Source: Utricularia gibba
Lineage: Eukaryota; Plantae; Magnoliophyta
NCBI GenBank assembly: GCA_002189035.1
Contig: NEEC01000468.1
Location: 1-27,154, forward strand
Reading direction: 5' to 3'
DNA: 27,154 bases
Below are positions 1 through 10,800 of the stretch, piece by piece. The position numbers and the translations under genes were made by a program. How positions within the stretch are numbered: position 1 is the stretch's first letter; each line of letters starts with the position of its first letter. The notes beneath the pieces were generated by a model that was given only the letters and a program-made list of their open reading frames with translations, was not told where the DNA came from and searched no databases.

Positions 1-140
1 TTATCGGAAAACGTAACTCCATATGATATTACTTGAGCACGAATAAAGCTTCCCAATGGTGTGCTATGAAGAGTAAGGCTCTACATGTTTTCGAAGAGGT
101 GCTTCGTGGACCAGGATGTGCGACATAGTCATTTCATTGC

Positions 141-152
141 GCATCACCATTC
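141..152 (+). promoter_or_regulatory. Upstream GC (-12/-11) and C (-1) matching plant 5S upstream elements; no clear TATA at -28 to -23
   Basis: Counting from G153, G141-C142 fall at -12/-11 and C152 at -1. The -29 to -24 region reads CATAGT. The motifs are very short and support the call only through their position. Confidence 0.3.
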
Positions 153-272
153 GGGATGCAGCCGAAAAATCACACGTGCACCGGATTTGTTAAAATAAAT
201 ATTTACGCATATCCTGAGTATACAACAGTGTTGGGATAAGTGATGCCACGAAATTCATGATGTAACATGTGA
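153..272 (+). pseudogene. Degenerate 5S rRNA-like segment (unit 1 copy; one per unit at ~+152 to +272 from each unit start, 51 copies)
   Basis: Hand alignment to the angiosperm 5S consensus recalled from memory (GGATGCGATCATACCAGCACTAATGCACCGGAT...AGTACTAGGATGGGTGACC...GTGTTGCATCC). GGATGC (154-159) and TGCACCGGAT (177-186) are exact matches with an identical 17-nt spacing. AGTGTTGGGATAAGTGA (227-243) matches AGTACTAGGATGGGTGA at 12/17, all mismatches being transitions. About 62/121 identities overall with 4 single-nt gaps. Length is ~120 nt and a T6 run follows at once. Helix II and III pairing is lost. Confidence 0.6.
227..243 (+). promoter_or_regulatory. Relic of the 5S internal control region (intermediate element / box C)
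   Basis: AGTGTTGGGATAAGTGA versus canonical AGTACT(A/G)GGATGGGTGA. The GGATGG core contacted by TFIIIA reads GGATAA, so it is probably inactive. Confidence 0.45.
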
Positions 273-273
273 C

Positions 274-279
274 TTTTTT
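274..279 (+). terminator. T6 run at the position of an RNA polymerase III terminator (T5-T7 in every unit)
   Basis: TTTTTT begins 2 nt after the 3' end of the 5S-like segment. Pol III terminates at oligo(dT) directly behind 5S genes (established). The functional reading depends on the 5S assignment. Confidence 0.45.
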
Positions 280-481
280 CCATCTTGATCGCATATCCGA
301 TGAAGTTTGACACCATATGTTTTGGCTGTTGATTGATTCAATTAGTTGCTATGATACTTCTGATTCTTGATGCACCATTCCCATACACCATGTCTCTAGT
401 GGCTATTTGATTCTTTTGCCGTGTATCCCATTTTGCATCAATGTCGAGAACGAGAAGCACATTATTAAACGCAGCCACCAA

Positions 482-500
482 GGAAGGACACGGAAGACAC
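482..500 (+). repeat. Short internal tandem duplication GGAAGGACAC/GGAAGACAC, present in nearly every unit (collapsed in unit 44)
   Basis: Read directly: GGAAGGACAC followed by GGAAGACAC. Confidence 0.8.
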
Positions 501-1753
501 ATTTCGTTGAGGTTGTTTTTAATATGTCCACAGTTATCGGAAAAACGTAACTCCATATGATATTACTTGGAGCACGAATAAAGCTTCCCAATGGTGTGCT
601 ATGAAGAGTAAGGCTCTACATGTTTTCGAAGAGGTGCTTCGTGGACCAGGATGTGCGACATAGTCATTTCATTGCGCATCACCATTCGGGATGCAGCCAA
701 AAATCACACGTGCACCGGATTTGTTAAAAATAAATATTTACGCATATCCTGAGTATACAACAGTGTTGGGATAAGTGATGCCACGAAATTCATGATGTAA
801 CATGTGACTTTTTTCCATCTTGATCGCATATCCGATGAAGTTTGACACCATATGTTTTGGCTGTTGATTGATTCAATTAGTTGCTATGATACTTCTGATT
901 CTTGATGCACCATTCCCATACACCATGTCTCTAGTGGCTATTTGATTCTTTTGCCGTGTATCCCATTTGCATCAATGTCGAGAACGAGAAGCACATTATT
1001 AAACGCAGCCACCAAGGAAGGACACGGAAGACACTTTCGTTGAGGTTGTTTTTAATATGTCCACAGTTATCGGAAAAACGTAACTCCATATGATATTACT
1101 TGGAGCACGAATAAAGCTTCCCAATGGTGTGCTATGAAGAGTAAGGCTCTACATGTTTTCGAAGAGGTGCTTCGTGGACCAGGATGTGCGACATAGTCAT
1201 TTCATTGCGCATCACCATTCGGGATGCAGCCAAAAATCACACGTGCACCGGATTTGTTAAAAATAAATATTTACGCATATCCTGAGTATACAACAGTGTT
1301 GGGATAAGTGATGCCACGAAATTCATGATGTAACATGTGACTTTTTTCCATCTTGATCGCATATCCGATGAAGTTTGACACCATATGTTTTGGCTGTTGA
1401 TTGATTCAATTAGTTGCTATGATACTTCTGATTCTTGATGCACCATTCCTTACACCATGTCTCTAGTGGCTATTTGATTCTTTTGCCGTGTATCTTGTTT
1501 GCATCAATGTCGAGAACGAGAAGCACATTATTAAACGCAGCCACCAAGGAAGGACACGGAAGACACTTTTCGTTGAGGTTTGTTTTAAATATGTCCACAG
1601 TTATCGGAAAACGTAACTCCATATGATATTACTTGGAGCACGAATAAAGCTTCCCAATGGTGTGCTATGAAGAGTAAGGCTCTACATGTTTTGGAAGAGG
1701 TGCTTCGTGGACCAGGATGTGCGACATAGTCATTTCATTGCGCATCACCATTC

Positions 1754-1873
1754 GGGTGCAGCCGAAAAATCACACGTGCACCGGATTTGTTAAAAATAAA
1801 TATTTACGCATATCCTGAGTATACAACAGTGTTGGGATAAGTGATGCCACGAAATTCATGATGTAACATGTGA
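1754..1873 (+). pseudogene. 5S-like copy in unit 4: exactly 120 nt, beginning GGGTGC after a C
   Basis: This unit reads ATTC-GGGTGCAGCC instead of ATTC-GGGATGCAGCC. That gives the C(-1)/GGGTGC start found in many seed-plant 5S genes. T6 lies at 1875-1880. Confidence 0.6.
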
Positions 1874-4800
1874 CTTTTTTCCATCTTGATCGCATATCCG
1901 ATGAAGTTTGACACCATATGTTTTGGCTGTTGATTGATTCAATTAGTTGCTATGATACTTCTGATTCTTGATGCACCATTCCCATACACCATGTCTCTAG
2001 TGGCTATTTGATTCTTTTGCCGTGTATCTTGTTTGCATCAATTTCGAGAACGAGAAGCACATATTAAACGCAGCCACCAAGGAAGGACACGGAAGACACT
2101 TTTCGTTGAGGTTGTTTTTAATATGTCCACAGTTATCGGAAAAACGTAACTCCATATGATATTACTTGGAGCACGAATAAAGCTTCCCAATGGTGTGCTA
2201 TGAAGAGTAAGGCTCTACATGTTTTCGAAGAGGTGCTTCGTGGACCAGGATGTGCGACATAGTCATTTCATTGCGCATCACCATTCGGGATGCAGCCGAA
2301 AAATCACACGTGCACCGGATTTGTTAAAAATAAATATTTACGCATATCCTGAGTATACAACAGTGTTGGGATAAGTGATGCCACGAAATTCATGATGTAA
2401 CATGTGACTTTTTTTCCATCTTGATCGCATATCCGATGAAGTTTGACACCATATGTTTTGGCTGTTGATTGATTCAATTAGTTGCTATGATACTTCTGAT
2501 TCTTGATGCACCATTCCCATACACCATGTCTCTAGTGGCTATTTGATTCTTTTGCCGTGTATCCTTTGCATCAATGTCGAGAACGAGAAGCACATTATTA
2601 AACGCAGCCACCAAGGAAGGACACGGAAGACACTTTTTCGTTGAGGTTGTTTTTAATATGTCCACAGTTATCGGAAAAACGTAACTCCATATGATATTAC
2701 TTGGAGCACGAATAAAGCTTCCCAATGGTGTGCTATGAAGAGTAAGGCTCTACATGTTTTCGAAGAGGTGCTTCGTGGACCAGGATGTGCGACATAGTCA
2801 TTTCATTGCGCATCACCATTCGGGATGCAGCCGAAAAATCACACGTGCACCGGATTTGTTAAAAATAAATATTTACGCATATCCTGAGTATACAACAGTG
2901 TTGGGATAAGTGATGCCACGAAATTCATGATGTAACATGTGACTTTTTTCCATCTTGATCGCATATCCGATGAAGTTTGACACCATATGTTTTGGCTGTT
3001 GATTGATTCAATTAGTTGCTATGATACTTCTGATTCTTGATGCACCATTCCCTTACACCATGTCTCTAGTGGCTATTTGATTCTTTTGCCGTGTATCCCA
3101 TTTGCATCAATGTCGAGAACGAGAAGCACATTATTAAACGCAGCCACCAAGGAAGGACACGGAAGACACTTTTCGTTGAGGTTGTTTTTAATATGTCCAC
3201 AGTTATCGGAAAAACGTAACTCCATATGATATTACTTGGAGCACGAATAAAGCTTCCCAATGGTGTGCTATGAAGAGTAAGGCTCTACATGTTTTCGAAG
3301 AGGTGCTTCGTGGACCAGGATGTGCGACATAGTCATTTCATTGCGCATCACCATTCGGGATGCAGCCGAAAAAATCACACGTGCACCGGATTTGTTAAAA
3401 ATAAATATTTACGCATATCCTGAGTATACAACAGTGTTGGGATAAGTGATGCCACGAAATTCATGATGTAACATGTGACTTTTTTCCATCTTGATCGCAT
3501 ATCCGATGAAGTTTGACACCATATGTTTTGGCTGTTGATTGATTCAATTAGTTGCTATGATACTTCTGATTCTTGATGCACCATTCCCTTACACCATGTC
3601 TCTAGTGGCTATTTGATTCTTTTGCCGTGTATCCCATTTTGCATCAATTTCGAGAACGAGAAGCACATTATTAAACGCAGCCACCAAGGAAGGACACGGA
3701 AGACACTTTTCGTTGAGGTTTGTTTTAATATGTCCACAGTTATCGGAAAAACGTAACTCCATATGATATACTTGGAGCACGAATAAAGCTTCCCAATGGT
3801 GTGCTATGAAGAGTAAGGCTCTACATGTTTTCGAAGAGGTGCTTCGTGGACCAGGATGTGCGACATAGTCATTTCATTGCGCATCACCATTCGGGATGCA
3901 GCCGAAAAATCACACGTGCACGGATTTGTTAAAAATAAATATTTACGCATATCCTGAGTATACAACAGTGTTGGGATAAGTGATGCCACGAAATTCATGA
4001 TGTAACATGTGACTTTTTTCCATCTTGATCGCATATCCGATGAAGTTTGACACCATATGTTTTGGCTGTTGATTGATTCAATTAGTTGCTATGATACTTC
4101 TGATTCTTGATGCACCATTCCCTTACACCATGTCTCTAGTGGCTATTTGATTCTTTTGCCGTGTATCCCATTTGCATCAATTTCGAGAACGAGAAGCACA
4201 TTATTAAACGCAGCCACCAAGGAAGGACACGGAAGACACTTTTCGTTGAGGTTGTTTTTAATATGTCCACAGTTATGGAAAAACGTAACTCCATATGATA
4301 TTACTTGGAGCACGAATAAAGCTTCCCAATGGTGTGCTATGAAGAGTAAGGCTCTACATGTTTTCGAAGAGGTGCTTCGTGGACCAGGATGTGCGACATA
4401 GTCATTTCATTGCGCATCACCATTCGGGATGCAGCCGAAAAATCACACGTGCACCGGATTTGTTAAAAATAAATATTTACGCATATCCTGAGTATACAAA
4501 GTGTTGGGATAAGTGATGCCACGAAATTCATGATGTAACATGTGACTTTTTTCCATCTTGATCGCATATCCGATGAAGTTTGACACCATATGTTTTGGCT
4601 GTTGATTGATTCAATTAGTTGCTATGATACTTCTGATTCTTGATGCACCATTCCCTTACACCATGTCTCTAGTGGCTATTTGATTCTTTTGCCGTGTATC
4701 CCATTTGCATCAATGTCGAGAACGAGAAGCACATTATTAAACGCAGCCACCAAGGAAGGACACGGAAGACACTTTCGTTGAGGTTGTTTTTAATATGTCC

Positions 4801-7800
4801 ACAGTTATCGGAAAACGTAACTCCATATGATATTACTTGGAGCACGAATAAAGCTTCCCAATGGTGTGCTATGAAGAGTAAGGCTCTACATGTTTTCGAA
4901 GAGGTGCTTCGTGGACCAGGATGTGCGACATAGTCATTTCATTGCGCATCACCATTCGGGATGCAGCCGAAAAATCACACGTGCACCGGATTTGTTAAAA
5001 ATAAATATTTACGCATATCCTGAGTATACAACAGTGTTGGGATAAGTGATGCCACGAAATTCATGATGTAACATGTGACTTTTTTCCATCTTGATCGCAT
5101 ATCCGATGAAGTTTGACACCATATGTTTTGGCTGTTGATTGATTCAATTAGTTGCTATGATACTTCTGATTCTTGATGCACCATTCCCTTACACCATGTC
5201 TCTAGTGGCTATTTGATTCTTTTGCCGTGTATCTTGTTTGCATCAATTTCGAGAACGAGAAGCACATTATTAAACGCAGCCACCAAGGAAGGACACGGAA
5301 GACACTTTTCGTTGAGGTTTGTTTTAATATGTCCACAGTTATCGGAAAACGTAACTCCATATGATATTACTTGGAGCACGAATAAAGCTTCCCAATGGTG
5401 TGCTATGAAGAGTAAGGCTCTACATGTTTTCGAAGAGGTGCTTCGTGGACCAGGATGTGCGACATAGTCATTTCATTGCGCATCACCATTCGGGTGCAGC
5501 CGAAAAATCACACGTGCACCGGATTTGTTAAAAATAAATATTTACGCATATCCTGAGTATACAACAGTGTTGGGATAAGTGATGCCACGAAATTCATGAT
5601 GTAACATGTGACTTTTTTCCATCTTGATCGCATATCCGATGAAGTTTGACACCATATGTTTTTGGCTGTTGATTGATTCAATTAGTTGCTATGATACTTC
5701 TGATTCTTGATGCACCATTCCCATACACCATGTCTCTAGTGGCTATTTGATTCTTTTGCCGTGTATCTTGTTTGCATCAATTTCGAGAACGAGAAGCACA
5801 TTATTAAACGCAGCCACCAAGGAAGGACACGGAAGACACTTTTCGTTGAGGTTGTTTTTAATATGTCCACAGTTATCGGAAAAACGTAACTCCATATGAT
5901 ATTACTTGGAGCACGAATAAAGCTTCCCAATGGTGTGCTATGAAGAGTAAGGCTCTACATGTTTTCGAAGAGGTGCTTCGTGGACCAGGATGTGCGACAT
6001 AGTCATTTCATTGCGCATCACCATTCGGGATGCAGCCGAAAAATCACACGTGCACCGGATTTGTTAAAAATAAATATTTACGCATATCCTGAGTATACAA
6101 CAGTGTTGGGATAAGTGATGCCACGAAATTCATGATGTAACATGTGACTTTTTTCCATCTTGATCGCATATCCGATGAAGTTTGACACCATATGTTTGGC
6201 TGTTGATTGATTCAATTAGTTGCTATGATACTTCTGATTCTTGATGCACCATTCCCATACACCATGTCTCTAGTGGCTATTTGATTCTTTTGCCGTGTAT
6301 CTTGTTTGCATCAATTTCGAGAACGAGAAGCACATTATTAAACGCAGCCACCAAGGAAGGACACGGAAGACACTTTTCGTTGAGGTTGTTTTTAATATGT
6401 CCACAGTTATCGGAAAAACGTAACTCCATATGATATTACTTGGAGCACACGAATAAAGCTTCCCAATGGTGTGCTATGAAGAGTAAGGCTCTACATGTTT
6501 TCGAAGAGGTGCTTCGTGGACCAGGATGTGCGACATAGTCATTTCATTGCGCATCACCATTCGGGATGCAGCCGAAAAATCACACGTGCACCGGATTTGT
6601 TAAAAATAAATATTTACGCATATCCTGAGTATACAACAGTGTTGGGATAAGTGATGCCACGAAATTCATGATGTAACATGTGACTTTTTTCCATCTTGAT
6701 CGCATATCCGATGAAGTTTGACACCATATGTTTTGGCTGTTGATTGATTCAATTAGTTGCTATGATACTTCTGATTCTTGATGCACCATTCCCTTACACC
6801 ATGTCTCTAGTGGCTATTTGATTCTTTTGCCGTGTATCCCATTTGCATCAATGTCGAGAACGAGAAGCACATTATTAAACGCAGCCACCAAGGAAGGACA
6901 CGGAAGACACTTTCGTTGAGGTTGTTTTTAATATGTCCACAGTTATCGGAAAAACGTAACTCCATATGATATTACTTGGAGCACGAATAAAGCTTCCCAA
7001 TGGTGTGCTATGAAGAGTAAGGCTCTACATGTTTTCGAAGAGGTGCTTCGTGGACCAGGATGTGCGACATAGTCATTTCATTGCGCATCACCATTCGGGA
7101 TGCAGCCGAAAAATCACACGTGCACCGGATTTGTTAAAAATAAATATTTACGCATATCCTGAGTATACAACAGTGTTGGGATAAGTGATGCCACGAAATT
7201 CATGATGTAACATGTGACTTTTTTCCATCTTGATCGCATATCCGATGAAGTTTGACACATATGTTTTGGCTGTTGATTGATTCAATTAGTTGCTATGATA
7301 CTTCTGATTCTTGATGCACCATTCCCTTACACCATGTCTCTAGTGGCTATTTGATTCTTTTGCCGTGTATCTTGTTTGCATCAATGTCGAGAACGAGAAG
7401 CACATTATTAAACGCAGCCACCAAGGAAGGACACGGAAGACACTTTTTCGTTGAGGTTTGTTTTTAATATGTCCACAGTTATCGGAAAACGTAACTCCAT
7501 ATGATATTACTTGGAGCACGAATAAAGCTTCCCAATGGTGTGCTATGAAGAGTAAGGCTCTACATGTTTTCGAAGAGGTGCTTCGTGGACCAGGATGTGC
7601 GACATAGTCATTTCATTGCGCATCACCATTCGGGATGCAGCCGAAAAAATCACACGTGCACCGGATTTGTTAAAAATAAATATTTACGCATATCCTGAGT
7701 ATACAACAGTGTTGGGATAAGTGATGCCACGAAATTCATGATGTAACATGTGACTTTTTTCCATCTTGATCGCATATCCGATGAAGTTTGACACCATATG

Positions 7801-10800
7801 TTTTGGCTGTTGATTGATTCAATTAGTTGCTATGATACTTCTGATTCTTGATGCACCATTCCCATACACCATGTCTCTAGTGGCTATTTGATTCTTTTGC
7901 CGTGTATCTTGTTTGCATCATGTGAGAACGAGAAGCACATATTAAACGCAGCCCAAGGAAGGACACGGAAGACACTTTTCGTTGAGGTTGTTTTTAATAT
8001 GTCCACAGTTATCGGAAAAACGTAACTCCATATGATATTACTTGGAGCACGAATAAAGCTTCCCAATGGTGTGCTATGAAGAGTAAGGCTCTACATATTT
8101 TCGAAGAGGTGCTTCGTGGACCAGGATGTGCGACATAGTCATTTCATTGCGCATCACATCATTCGGGATGCAGCCGAAAAATCACACGTGCACCGGATTT
8201 GTTAAAAATAAATATTACGCATATCCTGAGTATACAACAGTGTTGGGATAAGTGATGCACGAAATTCATGATGTAACATGTGACTTTTTTCCATCTTGAT
8301 CGCATATCCGATGAAGTTTGACACCATATGTTTTGGCTGTTGATTGATTCAATTAGTTGCTATGATACTTCTGATTCTTGATGCACCATTCCCTTACACC
8401 ATGTCTCTAGTGGCTATTTGATTCTTTTGCCGTGTATCCCATTTGCATCAATGTCGAGAACGAGAAGCACATTATTAAACGCAGCCACCAAGGAAGGACA
8501 CGGAAGACACTTTCGTTGAGGTTGTTTTTAATATGTCCACAGTTATCGGAAAAACGTAACTCCATATGATATTACTTGGAGCACGAATAAAGCTTCCCAA
8601 TGGTGTGCTATGAAGAGTAAGGCTCTACATGTTTTCGAAGAGGTGCTTCGTGGACCAGGATGTGCGACATAGTCATTTCATTGCGCATCACCATTCGGGA
8701 TGCAGCCGAAAAATCACACGTGCACCGGATTTGTTAAAAATAAATATTTACGCATATCCTGAGTATACAACAGTGTTGGGATAAGTGATGCCACGAAATT
8801 CATGATGTAACATGTGACTTTTTTTCCATCTTGATCGCATATCCGATGAAGTTTGACACCATATGTTTTGGCTGTTGATTGATTCAATTAGTTGCTATGA
8901 TACTTCTGATTCTTGATGCACCATTCCCTTACACCATGTCTCTAGTGGCTATTTGATTCTTTTGCCGTGTATCCATTTGCATCAATGTCGAGAACGAGAA
9001 GCATTATTAAACGCAGCCACCAAGGAAGGACACGGAAGACACTTTCGTTGAGGTTGTTTTTAATATGTCCACAGTTATCGGAAAAACGTAACTCCATATG
9101 ATATTACTTGGAGCACGAATAAAGCTTCCCAATGGTGTGCTATGAAGAGTAAGGCTCTACATGTTTTCGAAGAGGTGCTTCGTGGACCAGGATGTGCGAC
9201 ATAGTCATTTCATTGCGCATCACCATTCGGGATGCAGCCGAAAAATCACACGTGCACCGGATTTGTTAAAAATAAATATTTACGCATATCCTGAGTATAC
9301 AACAGTGTTGGGATAAGTGATGCCACGAAATTCATGATGTAACATGTGACTTTTTTCCATCTTGATCGCATATCCGATGAAGTTTGACACCATATGTTTT
9401 GGCTGTTGATTGATTCAATTAGTTGCTATGATACTTCTGATTCTTGATGCACCATTCCTTACACCATGTCTCTAGTGGCTATTTGATTCTTTTGCCGTGT
9501 ATCTTTTGCATCAATTTCGAGAACGAGAAGCACATTATTAAACGCAGCCACCAAGGAAGGACACGGAAGACACTTTTCGTTGAGGTTTGTTTTAATATGT
9601 CCACAGTTATCGGAAAACGTAACTCCATATGATATTACTTGGAGCACGAATAAGCTTCCCAATGGTGTGCTATGAAGAGTAGGCTCTACATGTTTTCGAA
9701 GAGGTGCTTCGTGGACCAGGATGTGCGACATAGTCATTTCATTGCGCATCCATTCGGGATGCAGCCGAAAATCACACGTGCACCGGATTTGTTAAAAATA
9801 AATATTTACGCATATCCTGAGTATACAACAGTGTTGGGATAAGTGATGCCACGAAATTCATGATGTAACATGTGACTTTTTTCCATCTTGATCGCATATC
9901 CGATGAAGTTTGACACCATATGTTTTGGCTGTTGATTGATTCAATTAGTTGCTATGATACTTCTGATTCTTGATGCACCATTCCCATACACCATGTCTCT
10001 AGTGGCTATTTGATTCTTTTGCCGTGTATCTTGTTTTGCATCAATTTCGAGAACGAGAAGCACATATTAAACGCAGCCACCAAGGAAGGACACGGAAGAC
10101 ACTTTTCGTTGAGGTTGTTTTTAATATGTCCACAGTTATCGGAAAAACGTAACTCCATATGATATTACTTGGAGCACGAATAAAGCTTCCCAATGGTGTG
10201 CTATGAAGAGTAAGGCTCTACATGTTTTCGAAGAGGTGCTTCGTGGACCAGGATGTGCGACATAGTCATTTCATTGCGCATCACCATTCGGGATGCAGCC
10301 GAAAAATCACACGTGCACCGGATTTGTTAAAAATAAATATTTACGCATATCCTGAGTATACAACAGTGTTGGGATAAGTGATGCCACGAAATTCATGATG
10401 TAACATGTGACTTTTTTCCATCTTGATCGCATATCCGATGAAGTTTGACACCATATGTTTTGGCTGTTGATTGATTCAATTAGTTGCTATGATACTTCTG
10501 ATTCTTGATGCACCATTCCCTACACCATGTCTCTAGTGGCTATTTGATTCTTTTGCCGTGTATCCATTTGCATCAATGTCGAGAACGAGAAGCACATTAT
10601 TAAACGCAGCCACCAAGGAAGGACACGGAAGACACTTTTCGTTGAGGTTGTTTTTAATATGTCCACAGTTATCGGAAAAACGTAACTCCATATGATATTA
10701 CTTGGAGCACGAATAAAGCTTCCCAATGGTGTGCTATGAAGAGTAAGGCTCTACATGTTTTCGAAGAGGTGCTTCGTGGACCAGGATGTGCGACATAGTC

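Larger units (their letters stand above)
206..298 (+). repeat. 9-bp direct repeat CGCATATCC at 206-214 and 290-298 of the unit
   Basis: Exact 9-mer seen twice per unit, once inside the 5S-like segment and once just after the T6 run. Significance unknown. Confidence 0.55.

Noticed and set aside
153-272. Functional 5S rRNA genes
   Set aside because: Helix II and III partners are lost, box A and box C are altered, and identity to the conserved 5S sequence is only ~50%.
231-532. DnaA-box-like 9-mers (TTGGGATAA at 231-239, ATGTCCACA near 523-531)
   Set aside because: Each has two mismatches to the TTATCCACA consensus, they are not clustered and there is no bacterial origin context. The first lies inside the box-C-like segment.
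1-534. Unit length equals about 3 x 178 bp, suggesting a trimer of a nucleosome-sized centromeric monomer
   Set aside because: No internal ~178-bp similarity was visible by eye beyond an ACATGT hexamer ~180 bp apart. A self dot plot of the consensus would be decisive.
338-556. Minus-strand peptide with VLLVLDID and RSIIATN, reminiscent of AAA+ Walker B / sensor 1 or a HAD DxD motif
   Set aside because: There is no Walker A. The two motifs are in frame only in units with an indel at the GTATCCCATTTGC site, and a stop follows immediately. A tBLASTn or HMM search of the consensus would settle it.
3066-3260. Recurrent 64-aa minus-strand ORF (MGSFIRAPSNIIWSYVF...) found in many units
   Set aside because: It starts at TTG, resembles no family I recognise, and its length changes with homopolymer indels. 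A frame of this size is expected by chance and is simply copied with the repeat.
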